Source: a virus
DNA length: 64,000 nt
IMG/VR virus record: IMGVR_UViG_3300006735_000001
Span: 32,001 to 96,000 of that record
Direction: 5' to 3' (one strand)
Position numbers and translations under genes: made by a program. Every line of letters starts with the position of its first letter. Positions within the stretch are counted from its first letter, which is position 1. Shown here piece by piece: positions 18,804-27,301 of this stretch. The notes under the pieces were generated by a model. That model was given only the letters and a program-made list of their open reading frames with translations. It did not search any database and was not told the DNA's origin.

Positions 18804-19113
18804 TTCTTGTGGGACAAGTGTTTTTAAAATTGATAATCCCCCCTATGCTTATGAGTGTAAGGTATGTAAAAAAGAAAAATTTGCTTATGAGACATATAAT
18901 TTTATATCATTATTTAGCAAAGGCATAGTAATTATATTATTAGTGTTAGCCTGTAAACCACCTAAATATAATCCAGATACTGATCCTAATATATTAGATT
19001 GGTATGTAGACGGAAATGATACAGTAATCTATACAAAACAAGACTCTATTAAAGATGCTCGTGAAAGATGGGAATACATCAGAAGCATAGATAATGACAG
19101 CCTTTGGGAATGA
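18781..19113 (+). CDS. Zn-ribbon membrane protein
   Basis: CNSC...CKVC followed by the hydrophobic stretch GIVIILLVLAC. Confidence 0.55.
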   Translation: MKKVRKCNSCGTSVFKIDNPPYAYECKVCKKEKFAYETYNFISLFSKGIVIILLVLACKPPKYNPDTDPNILDWYVDGNDTVIYTKQDSIKDARERWEYIRSIDNDSLWE

Positions 19114-21444
19114 TTAGAATGTGCTTAATGCTGCTCTTCTCCAGTTATTATCAGCATAACAGACATAAATATGATTAGCATCAAATTTAATCTGTCCAGC
19201 TGTACCAGCAGCAGTTGCGCTTGAAGGTACTGAATCAACATTACCCTCAAAAGTATTTACATCTTTCCATTCTAAGTCAATGCTGCCTGCTGATTTAAGC
19301 ATGGCCATACCAGTATTTCCTGCTGCTACTTTAGGTAGTCTCCAATATGTGTTAGCAATTGTTGAAGTTGATGCTGGTCCTGTTAGTTCTAACATACCAT
19401 TACCATATAATTTAAATAAAGTATCTGTTACTCTTGCATCACCATTAGCGGAATCTAAGTATTCATTTATAATTGCAAAATAAGTAGCATCATTTTGTGC
19501 TGATGTTACAGTACCTGGATTAAAGAACAATTCATTTTCTCTTGACCCTGCTGAATTATTATAAGCAAAAGCCATACCTTGAACATTAGTAGGATTTGCT
19601 GATGCTGTATTTCCACTAACATATAAGTATCCGTTTGCTCCAGATCCGCTTGTTGTTAGTGGTCCTTGCATATTAGCTGCACCTGTAACTGTAAGTCCTC
19701 CATTAACTGTAACATCTGTAGCTGTAAGATTTACTACATCAGTACTAGCTACAGCAAGCCTTAAAGTAGTAACACCTTTTACTACACCATTACCAGCTAG
19801 ATTTGCAAAACCATCATTGCCATTAGGACCTTCTACAGTTAAACCTCCATTTCTGACTGTTGCACCTGCTGTAACAGTTTGAAACTTTACAACATTATCA
19901 TGATATAGATTTACACCAGCATCTACATTAAAATCAGCATAAGTTTCACTTGCAATAGCATCTTTTACAAGTCTTATTTTATTTTGACCATGTATTAATA
20001 AATCACCTGTTCCAACATCTCCTATAATACTATTACCAGTAGTTGCACTATGATAAATAGATAAATCACTTGCATTTGGCCCACCATTTCCAGCACCAAA
20101 TCTTAAAATTGTATTATCTTCAAATCGAGCTGATCCTTTAAAGCTTATTATATTATTACTAGCTGCACCGTCATTTTCAAAAACTGATTGATTAGCATTT
20201 GTTGCTGATACATTTATTGCTCCAGCTATTGTTATAAGTGCTGTACTTTGAGTAGCTATTGAATCTCCTAATGTACTACCATCTGGTGTCCATAATGGAA
20301 TTTTATTTGCTGTTCCTGATCCAGTTACTCCATCAGCCCATATAACAGTATTACTTGCAGTTGATTTTAATACTCTACCAGCTGAACCAGCTAAACTACT
20401 AGCAGAATCTTTTATGGGCCCTTGTATATTTGTAGTAGCTTCAAGGGTTAACTCTTCGGAATCCGCTGATCCTATTGTTAGCCTTCCATTCCCAGCAGTA
20501 CTCCATACCATTGGTACGGGTGCACCATTTCCTATTACAGACCCACTGGCTGTAAACATTGCTACGTTAAGTGCAGTTCCTGTACCAGTTACTAAATCAA
20601 GACTGCTAATTAAGTCTCCAAGTTTAATTCTTTTGTTTTCACTAGCTGATTCATCAAGTATCATCAACTGATCAGTTATTACTGCATTGGTTGCAAGATC
20701 ATTTAGAGTAGATATGGTAGTACCAATCTCTATATTACTACCTATAGAGACTACGTTTGATCCAAGCAAATTACCAACAGCACTAGACACTATAGATTTA
20801 TAACCTACAGTTGTACCATCTGATATAATTAATTGACCGGCTGTTCCTGGAGGAAGAGGTTGTTGTATACCTTGAGCATTACCTACCCATATATTACCTT
20901 GTGGAAGAGCTACAACTGGATCATCATCTGACCATACAACTCTACCATCAGCTAAAGATCTTAATACTCTATTAGCAGCACCTGCTTCAGCACCAGCAGA
21001 ATCAAGAACTCGGTTAAATAATGATGTGCCATGTGTAGTATCTCCTGATGTACCTAACTCAATTTTTGTTTTTAGTACAGTATCTTTGTTAACAGTAAGT
21101 CCACCGTCAATAGTAATTTTAGTAAGACCAGAAGAAGTAGACTGACTTGCAATACTATCTTCTATAGAAGTATTTTGATTAACACAAGTTCCAGATACTG
21201 GAGCATACATGGGTAAAGTCTTTACTGTAGCAGTACCATTTTGAAGTACTACATTTTCTAAAATTTGACACTTTAAATCCCCAAGCTTTAGTATAAAGGG
21301 TTCTCCTTTTGGTTGATAACCAGGATTTCCAACACTAGCTTGAAAAACTCTTCCAAGTTCAATGTAGTCTCTTTTAAAGTCTGCTTTTGTTTGCTTCTTA
21401 TTTCGGTGTAGAAGTCCTAAAACCTCCTGTATAAATATGCTCAT
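19114..21444 (-). CDS. tail fibre / receptor-binding protein
   Basis: G/T/S/A-rich, internal repeats, C-terminal PSSATAAGTAGQIKFDANHIYVC..NNWRR fibre motif. Confidence 0.8.
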   Translation of the reverse strand: MSIFIQEVLGLLHRNKKQTKADFKRDYIELGRVFQASVGNPGYQPKGEPFILKLGDLKCQILENVVLQNGTATVKTLPMYAPVSGTCVNQNTSIEDSIASQSTSSGLTKITIDGGLTVNKDTVLKTKIELGTSGDTTHGTSLFNRVLDSAGAEAGAANRVLRSLADGRVVWSDDDPVVALPQGNIWVGNAQGIQQPLPPGTAGQLIISDGTTVGYKSIVSSAVGNLLGSNVVSIGSNIEIGTTISTLNDLATNAVITDQLMILDESASENKRIKLGDLISSLDLVTGTGTALNVAMFTASGSVIGNGAPVPMVWSTAGNGRLTIGSADSEELTLEATTNIQGPIKDSASSLAGSAGRVLKSTASNTVIWADGVTGSGTANKIPLWTPDGSTLGDSIATQSTALITIAGAINVSATNANQSVFENDGAASNNIISFKGSARFEDNTILRFGAGNGGPNASDLSIYHSATTGNSIIGDVGTGDLLIHGQNKIRLVKDAIASETYADFNVDAGVNLYHDNVVKFQTVTAGATVRNGGLTVEGPNGNDGFANLAGNGVVKGVTTLRLAVASTDVVNLTATDVTVNGGLTVTGAANMQGPLTTSGSGANGYLYVSGNTASANPTNVQGMAFAYNNSAGSRENELFFNPGTVTSAQNDATYFAIINEYLDSANGDARVTDTLFKLYGNGMLELTGPASTSTIANTYWRLPKVAAGNTGMAMLKSAGSIDLEWKDVNTFEGNVDSVPSSATAAGTAGQIKFDANHIYVCYADNNWRRAALSTF

Positions 21445-21453
21445 GATTCAAGT

Positions 21454-21798
21454 TTATAGATATAGTGCAGCCACTTTAACTGATGCTGTAGCTGAACATG
21501 TTATTTTTATATTTCCTGCTGTATTATTAAATGCTCTAGTCTCAAAAGGGCCTAAAAAACCTTCTTTTGTTGCAGCTAAAGTTAATACTGCATTTTCTTT
21601 TACTAATTTACCCAATTGTGGATCAACTACAGTAGTTATTTCAGGCACTACAGTAGCAGTTATACTAGAACTACTGTCATTTCGTACATGAAAAAACTGT
21701 ACACCAGTATTAGTTACTTCATCTCCACCTGCTGCTGGAGTTACATAAGTTGGTAATAAACCAGATTGTGTTATCTGTTGTGCTGTTAACTTTGCCAT
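21454..21798 (-). CDS. putative small structural protein
   Basis: 114-aa T/A/V-rich beta-type ORF in the late module. Confidence 0.6.
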   Translation of the reverse strand: MAKLTAQQITQSGLLPTYVTPAAGGDEVTNTGVQFFHVRNDSSSSITATVVPEITTVVDPQLGKLVKENAVLTLAATKEGFLGPFETRAFNNTAGNIKITCSATASVKVAALYL

Positions 21799-21808
21799 AA
21801 TTTAATTT

Positions 21809-22030
21809 TTAACTATTTCTGTATCCATTTTTAAAAGCTGCTGACTGAACTGGTTCTGCTGCTCTTGTGGATTTCATATCACATACAATACCAGCTTTAG
21901 CTAATCTTTGTCTTTTAGCAACTTTTTTTGCATTTCTTTTCTGTTGGGACTTCTGATATTGAGAAGTAGGGTTAAAGTACCCATTAGGTACATTACCGTC
22001 TCCCACCGGGAATGATATTTTTTTTGCCAT
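21809..22030 (-). CDS. small basic protein
   Basis: 73 aa, K/R/Q-rich. Confidence 0.65.
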   Translation of the reverse strand: MAKKISFPVGDGNVPNGYFNPTSQYQKSQQKRNAKKVAKRQRLAKAGIVCDMKSTRAAEPVQSAAFKNGYRNS

Positions 22031-22041
22031 AACTTTAATTT

Positions 22042-22350
22042 TTATTTTTTCATGTAAGCTTTACGTGCAGTCTTTCTGACCATACCTTTCTTAGTGCCTG
22101 CTTTCTTTTTTGAACCTCCTCTTTTATACTTTACTTTGCCACCATTAGTCATCATATCTAAAAGATCAGACTCCATACCTTGAAGACCTCCCATTTCACC
22201 TGCCATTTCCATAACTCTTTTACCAGCATTCATAATACCTTCACTAATGTAATCACCTTTTGATGATCCACTACCTGATGTAAGATTATTAGCCATACCC
22301 ATGCCACCCATGTTCATTTTTTTAGCTAACATTTTTTTCATATTTCCCAT
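22042..22350 (-). CDS. small basic Met/Gly/Lys-rich protein with xxGG motifs
   Basis: MNMGG, EMGG, TNGG, YKRGG; K-rich C-terminus. Confidence 0.7.
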   Translation of the reverse strand: MGNMKKMLAKKMNMGGMGMANNLTSGSGSSKGDYISEGIMNAGKRVMEMAGEMGGLQGMESDLLDMMTNGGKVKYKRGGSKKKAGTKKGMVRKTARKAYMKK

Positions 22351-22362
22351 AATTTCTAATTT

Positions 22363-22833
22363 TTAATTTTTGTTGTTACTTATTGTTTTAAATTTTTCTG
22401 CCCCTCTAGAACCAAAATATGCTACATAGACAGTTATTAAAAGTGACTTGAGTAAATCTACCCAGCCACCGTCAATACTAAAGTCTATATCAAAACCATC
22501 TAACAATATAAATATAACTAATGAAACAGTCAAAAATATTAACGTTAATGGTCTTGTATTTTTAGATAAGTATGAGTCAGACTTCATATCTGCCTGCCAT
22601 CTCTTACTTACTTCTTGCATCTCAATCATGTCTTGTTCAAGAAGCTTCAATGCTTTTTCTTTGTCTTCTGGTGGCAATACAATATCAGGCTCCTTTTGTA
22701 TAAGACCTTTAACAACACCCAATAGACCTGCATCAGGCAATGCATCACCAACTAAACCAACAATACTTGGAACTTTCTCTGTTAGGAATTTTCCAACCTT
22801 AGTTTCACTAAATCTTTTCTTTGGCTTACTCAT
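22363..22833 (-). CDS. holin (3TM/GTA-holin-like)
   Basis: RW.ADM.SDS.LSKN.RP followed by TM helices and YFGSRG.EK. Confidence 0.75.
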   Translation of the reverse strand: MSKPKKRFSETKVGKFLTEKVPSIVGLVGDALPDAGLLGVVKGLIQKEPDIVLPPEDKEKALKLLEQDMIEMQEVSKRWQADMKSDSYLSKNTRPLTLIFLTVSLVIFILLDGFDIDFSIDGGWVDLLKSLLITVYVAYFGSRGAEKFKTISNNKN

Positions 22834-22843
22834 AATTTTTTGT

Positions 22844-23686
22844 TTATGGATATATTCTTATTTCTATTCCTGTTCTTAATAATTGATTGTCAGCAAGACT
22901 TCCATTTTCCTGCGTACTTAACTGAAAACTTGCAGTAGCACCACCAAATATATTAATCACTACTGTTTGATTTTTTAAATTACCTTGTGCAGGTGCAAAA
23001 AATACTTTGTCCAAATTAGCCAGAGCTGTTCCCCAAGTACCTCTATACATACCTGTGTTTGTACGTGTCCATACAATAGTATTACCGGTTGTATTTTCTA
23101 GTACTGTTGCAACTGGTGCATCGGTTCCAGATTGTGATAACAACGCAGTATAGCTTGTATACGGTCTCCCATCTGTGGAATTAATAGTAATCTCATTTGC
23201 GCTTTGTGCTAATGTTACATTTGTACCTCCTATTAAAGATCTAAAATTAAGTGTCTCACCTACTTTATCTTTCCATATTGCAAATCCAGTTCCTGCATTA
23301 GCAGCCGTATTAGGCTCACCTGTTGTAGTTATCTCTACATAATCATCATCATCAGAGTTGGCAAGAGTCAGGTTGCTACTCAAAGACTTTAAGGATCTGT
23401 AAAATACAGTACAAGTCTCAAGAACGTCATCAGATTCTGTTTTCTGATATACTTGACCAGTGCCAGCAGCTGGAGAAGCTGGAGAATTTGCATGTGCACA
23501 GTGTTCTGCAGCAACCTTAAAATCTCTCACCTTTATAACTTTAACACTCTTGTAAGGTATTGGTGAAGCAACACCTTCCATATCAGGCTGTTCATTAGTT
23601 CCTATTATAAGAACATCATTTAAACCAGCTTTCTTTGCATAAACTGATCTTTTTATTAAACTTAATACATCAGTTAAAATATTCAT
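22844..23686 (-). CDS. short tail fibre / structural protein
   Basis: Repeated (Y/F)RSL..(S/G)..(L/V)TLA fibre motif, YTALLSQSGT.AP...LENT, C-terminal IEIRIY; N-terminus resembles that of 19114..21444. Confidence 0.65.
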   Translation of the reverse strand: MNILTDVLSLIKRSVYAKKAGLNDVLIIGTNEQPDMEGVASPIPYKSVKVIKVRDFKVAAEHCAHANSPASPAAGTGQVYQKTESDDVLETCTVFYRSLKSLSSNLTLANSDDDDYVEITTTGEPNTAANAGTGFAIWKDKVGETLNFRSLIGGTNVTLAQSANEITINSTDGRPYTSYTALLSQSGTDAPVATVLENTTGNTIVWTRTNTGMYRGTWGTALANLDKVFFAPAQGNLKNQTVVINIFGGATASFQLSTQENGSLADNQLLRTGIEIRIYP

Positions 23687-23859
23687 TTCTTCTTCTGTTT
23701 TTTAGATGGGCCACTGTATGTATTATGGGTACCCCCCCCTAGTTTTTTCTTTCTCAAGTTTCTTTCAAAAGCAGAATGCATCATAATCTCACCACCTTTA
23801 GGTAATAACTTATCACCATTTTTAGGTTTCTTCTGTATTGGAAGTTTGTGAGTTCTCAT
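23683..23859 (-). CDS. 58-aa basic protein with xxGG motifs (not in ORF track)
   Basis: MRTHKLPIQKKPKNGDKLLPKGGEIMMHSAFERNLRKKKLGGGTHNTYSGPSKKQKKK; ATGA/TAATG coupling on both sides. Confidence 0.65.
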   Translation of the reverse strand: MRTHKLPIQKKPKNGDKLLPKGGEIMMHSAFERNLRKKKLGGGTHNTYSGPSKKQKKK

Positions 23860-23957
23860 TAATCTTTATTTTTTTTACAGCATACTTCTTTTCGGCAAGA
23901 TCCTAAACAAACTTTACCAAATGTAATCCACTGTATAAATACACATATATTTCTCAT
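23859..23957 (-). CDS. 32-aa Cys-rich peptide (not in ORF track)
   Basis: MRNICVFIQWITFGKVCLGSCRKEVCCKKNKD; coupled on both sides. Confidence 0.6.
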   Translation of the reverse strand: MRNICVFIQWITFGKVCLGSCRKEVCCKKNKD

Positions 23958-24079
23958 CTTCCTTGACCTCTATATTTTTGTTTATATCCGCTTTGACCTC
24001 TAGAAGCATTCTTAGAATGAACCCCTGGTCTTTTTTTACCAGATACTTTTTTATAATTATTCGTAAGAATTCTAGCCAT
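23954..24079 (-). CDS. 41-aa basic protein ending KYRGQGR (not in ORF track)
   Basis: MARILTNNYKKVSGKKRPGVHSKNASRGQSGYKQKYRGQGR; coupled on both sides. Confidence 0.7.
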   Translation of the reverse strand: MARILTNNYKKVSGKKRPGVHSKNASRGQSGYKQKYRGQGR

Positions 24080-24324
24080 TACTTCTTTTTTCTACCTTTA
24101 CGGGCCTTGCCTGCTAATGCATCATCAATATCACCAAGTTGATTACCAACTTGTTTTATAGCTAATCCTACATCTGCTAGCTCAGCAGCAGTAAGTTTAT
24201 ATCTTTTCTTAATCTCTTTTAAAGTAGCAATTGCTTTCTCGTCTAGAGATGTTCTAGACCAAACAGCTCTCCAATAATCTTGAAGGCTATAAGTCCATAA
24301 TACATTTATAAATTTTTTAAACAT
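24079..24324 (-). CDS. hypothetical protein with basic tail
   Basis: Likely start MFKKF at 24324, downstream of the promoter motif; ends RKGRKKK. Confidence 0.65.
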   Translation of the reverse strand: MFKKFINVLWTYSLQDYWRAVWSRTSLDEKAIATLKEIKKRYKLTAAELADVGLAIKQVGNQLGDIDDALAGKARKGRKKK

Positions 24325-24352
24325 AATAATCTTTTTAATTGACACTATATAA

Positions 24353-24362
24353 ATAATATACA
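24353..24362 (-). promoter_or_regulatory. putative late promoter motif TGTATATTAT
   Basis: Same 10-mer at 30189-30198 and 58982-58991, each intergenic and upstream of a minus-strand gene block. Confidence 0.55.
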
Positions 24363-24389
24363 AATTTTGTCTCACTTAACCAACATTAA

Positions 24390-24413
24390 GAGTCAGATTA
24401 ATATTATATTTGT
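24390..24413 (+). promoter_or_regulatory. promoter for nrdBA (GAGTCA...TATATTTG)
   Basis: Perfect TAnnTTTG; near-copy of 17287-17311. Confidence 0.55.
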
Positions 24414-24533
24414 TTTTAAATAAAATTTACTAGATTAGTTTTTTGTGTATGATCTATTTTTCTTACATTGATAATATCTAGTAGCTGCACTTCTTTTTGA
24501 TGTGTGGCTTTTTAATCCTATATACCATATACT

Positions 24534-25514
24534 ATGCAACAAAACATATTTAATTCTAGGGTAAATATCCTACCTTATGAATATCCACAATTATTAAAAT
24601 ACAAAGACGCAATTAGACATTCTTACTGGATTGATACTGAGTTCAACTTTACAGAAGACATCCAAGATTTTAAAGTCAATATATCAAGTAATGAAAAAGA
24701 TGTAATTAAAAAAACCATGCTTGCTATTGCGCAAATAGAGGTTAATGTAAAAACTTTTTGGGGAGACTTATATAAACGCATGCCTATTACAGAGATAGGA
24801 GATGTAGGCTTTACTTTTGCTGAGTCAGAAGTTAGACATAAAGATGCTTATGCAAGGTTGCTTAGGATATTAGGATTAGAGAAAGAATTTCAATCAGTAG
24901 TTGAAGTTCCTGCAATAGAAGGTAGACTTAAGTACTTAAAGAAATACCTGGACGGTACACGCTCTAGAGATAATAAGATGTACACCAAGTCTGTATTACT
25001 GTTTTCACTATTTATAGAGCACGTAAGCCTGTTTAGTCAATTCTTAATTATGATGAGCTTTAACAAAGAAAAGAATGTACTTAAAGGTATATCTAATGTT
25101 GTTGAGGCTACTAGTAAAGAAGAGGAGATACATGGTAACTTTGGTGCTGAGATTATTAATATAATCAAAAGAGAAAATCCAGAATGGTTTGATCAAGAGT
25201 TTGAAGAATTAATTGATTCAGCTTGTAGAAAAGCTTATACAGCTGAGTGTGGAATACTTGATTGGATTTTTGAAAAAGGGGAACTTAGTTTCCTGCCACA
25301 GAATACAATACAACATTTTATAAAAAACAGATTTAATAACTCTTTAGATAAAATAGGTATGAAGCCCATCTTTGAAGTAGACCAAGAACTATTAAAGTCA
25401 GTAGAATGGTTTGATATAGAAATTACTGGTACTAAAGAAGGAGATTTCTTTTACAAGAAGAGTATTGACTATAATAAGAAAAGCAAGAGCATCACTGAAG
25501 ATGATCTATTTTAA
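24534..25514 (+). CDS. nrdB: ribonucleotide reductase class I beta subunit
   Basis: ESEVRHKDAY, FIEHVSLFSQF, EEEIHG di-metal ligands; DFF..KSIDY tail. Confidence 0.95.
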   Translation: MQQNIFNSRVNILPYEYPQLLKYKDAIRHSYWIDTEFNFTEDIQDFKVNISSNEKDVIKKTMLAIAQIEVNVKTFWGDLYKRMPITEIGDVGFTFAESEVRHKDAYARLLRILGLEKEFQSVVEVPAIEGRLKYLKKYLDGTRSRDNKMYTKSVLLFSLFIEHVSLFSQFLIMMSFNKEKNVLKGISNVVEATSKEEEIHGNFGAEIINIIKRENPEWFDQEFEELIDSACRKAYTAECGILDWIFEKGELSFLPQNTIQHFIKNRFNNSLDKIGMKPIFEVDQELLKSVEWFDIEITGTKEGDFFYKKSIDYNKKSKSITEDDLF

Positions 25515-25525
25515 ATAATAATATA

Positions 25526-25666
25526 ATGATAACAGAGCAAACTAATGGTAACACTCAAGTAAACACAGAGAGAGGAAACTTCAATCAAAGAGTTTCTAAA
25601 TTTAAGATGTTGGGTAAATCCAAGAAAGTCCAATGGGACGGTAAGAGAAGAAACAGAACAATTTAA
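25526..25666 (+). CDS. 46-aa basic protein between nrdB and nrdA (not in ORF track)
   Basis: MITEQTNGNTQVNTERGNFNQRVSKFKMLGKSKKVQWDGKRRNRTI fills the gap. Confidence 0.5.
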   Translation: MITEQTNGNTQVNTERGNFNQRVSKFKMLGKSKKVQWDGKRRNRTI

Positions 25667-25675
25667 ATAAAACCA

Positions 25676-27301
25676 ATGGAATATAATAAATACTACTGGC
25701 TTAATGAAGACAGCCGCACATTTTTATCAAGAGGATATATAACAGAAGAACCAGAACAAAGAATAAAAGACATAGCAAATACAGCAGAGAAATATCTACA
25801 CATGCCCGGTTTTGCTGAGAAGTTTGAAAAATACATGTCTAAAGGATTCTATAGTCTATCAACACCAGTATGGATTAATTTTGGAAAACAAAAAGGACTG
25901 CCTATAAGTTGTTATGGATCTAACATAGATGACAATCTAGATAGTATACTCAATGCAGGCCGTGAAATAGGTATGATGTCTAAATATGGCGGAGGTACAA
26001 GTTGTTATCTTGGTAATATAAGACCTAGAGGATCGGTTATATCAACAGGAGGACTAGCAGATGGTCCTGTGCACTATGCTAGAATATACGATACTGTGGT
26101 AGATGTATGTAAACAGTCTGAAGCAAGACGTGGTGCTTGTGCTGCTTATCTACCAATAGAGCATACAGACATTGAAGAGTTCCTAGATATTGGAACTGAG
26201 GGAAACTTAATACAAAATTTACAGTATGGTGTTACTGTAAGTAGTAGTTGGTTAGAACAAATGCGTGCTGGTGATAAAGCTAAACGTAAAATGTGGGCTA
26301 AAGTAATTCAAAGAAGGAGTGAGTTTGGTTATCCTTATATAATGTTTACGGACAACTCAAATAACAATAGCCCATATAAAGAAATAGGAATGAAGATCAC
26401 TGCATCTAATTTATGTTCTGAGATTCAGTTGCCTACTGATACATATAACTCATTTGTATGTTGTTTAGGTTCTATAAACTTATTGCACTGGGATGAAATT
26501 ATTAAAACAGACGCTATAGAAACATATGTGTTCTTTTTAAATGCTGTTATGGATGAATTCATTAAAAAGGCTGAAGTAAAAGCTGGCCTTAAAAGAGCAT
26601 ATAACTTTGCTAGCAAACATAGAGCTATTGGTTTAGGAGTATTGGGATACCATAGTTTATTTCAATCAAAACTAATAGAGTTTGAGTCACTAGCAGCTAA
26701 ACAATTAAACAATCATATATTTAAACATTTAAAAGAAACGTCAGATGAAGCATCAAGATGGTTATATCAACACAGAGGATACAGATCCTTACGTGAAGGA
26801 TATGCAAACACAACTCTTATGGCTATTGCTCCTACTAAATCAAGTTCATTTATCCACGGTGCTGTATCTATGGGTATTGAGCCAATAAAATCTAATTACT
26901 TTATTAAGGACCTTGCTAAGTCTAAGACTATATACAAAAATCCATTTCTTGTAGAAGAATTAAATAAGTATGGATTAAACACAAAGAAGACCTGGGCAAG
27001 TATACTTAAGAAAGATGGATCCGTACAACACTTGGACTTTCCAACTAAAGCTGTATTCAAATCGTTTGTTGAGATAACACCTAAAGAGTTAGTTTTGCAA
27101 GCTGCACAAAGACAGAAGTATATTGATCAATCACAATCTTTAAATCTTATGATACATCCATCTGTATCTGCTAAAGATATAAATGCATTATATTTATATG
27201 CACATGATGAGGGCGTGAAAACTTTATACTATCAGTTTAGTCAAAGCTCTGCTCAAGACTTTGCTAGAAATATATTAGAGTGTTCTAGCTGTGAAGGTTA
27301 G
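25676..27301 (+). CDS. nrdA: ribonucleotide reductase class I alpha subunit, no ATP cone
   Basis: PISC, GGGT, SNLCSEI, CCLGS, APTKSSS, KTLYY and C-terminal CSSC. Confidence 0.95.
   Translation: MEYNKYYWLNEDSRTFLSRGYITEEPEQRIKDIANTAEKYLHMPGFAEKFEKYMSKGFYSLSTPVWINFGKQKGLPISCYGSNIDDNLDSILNAGREIGMMSKYGGGTSCYLGNIRPRGSVISTGGLADGPVHYARIYDTVVDVCKQSEARRGACAAYLPIEHTDIEEFLDIGTEGNLIQNLQYGVTVSSSWLEQMRAGDKAKRKMWAKVIQRRSEFGYPYIMFTDNSNNNSPYKEIGMKITASNLCSEIQLPTDTYNSFVCCLGSINLLHWDEIIKTDAIETYVFFLNAVMDEFIKKAEVKAGLKRAYNFASKHRAIGLGVLGYHSLFQSKLIEFESLAAKQLNNHIFKHLKETSDEASRWLYQHRGYRSLREGYANTTLMAIAPTKSSSFIHGAVSMGIEPIKSNYFIKDLAKSKTIYKNPFLVEELNKYGLNTKKTWASILKKDGSVQHLDFPTKAVFKSFVEITPKELVLQAAQRQKYIDQSQSLNLMIHPSVSAKDINALYLYAHDEGVKTLYYQFSQSSAQDFARNILECSSCEG

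Noticed and set aside
599-18817. Short minus-strand ORFs in the early module (599..790, 744..968, 5325..5513, 8581..8766, 9145..9327, 9488..9676, 16474..16674, 18590..18817)
   Set aside because: Overlap better-supported plus-strand genes
23732-23739. C8 homopolymer as a phase-variation tract
   Set aside because: Encodes in-frame GGG in a Gly motif of the 58-aa ORF; no evidence of slippage from a single sequence
24342-24357. ACACTATATA resembling half an NrdR box upstream of nrdB
   Set aside because: Second half does not match, it overlaps the late-promoter motif, and Bacteroidota generally lack NrdR
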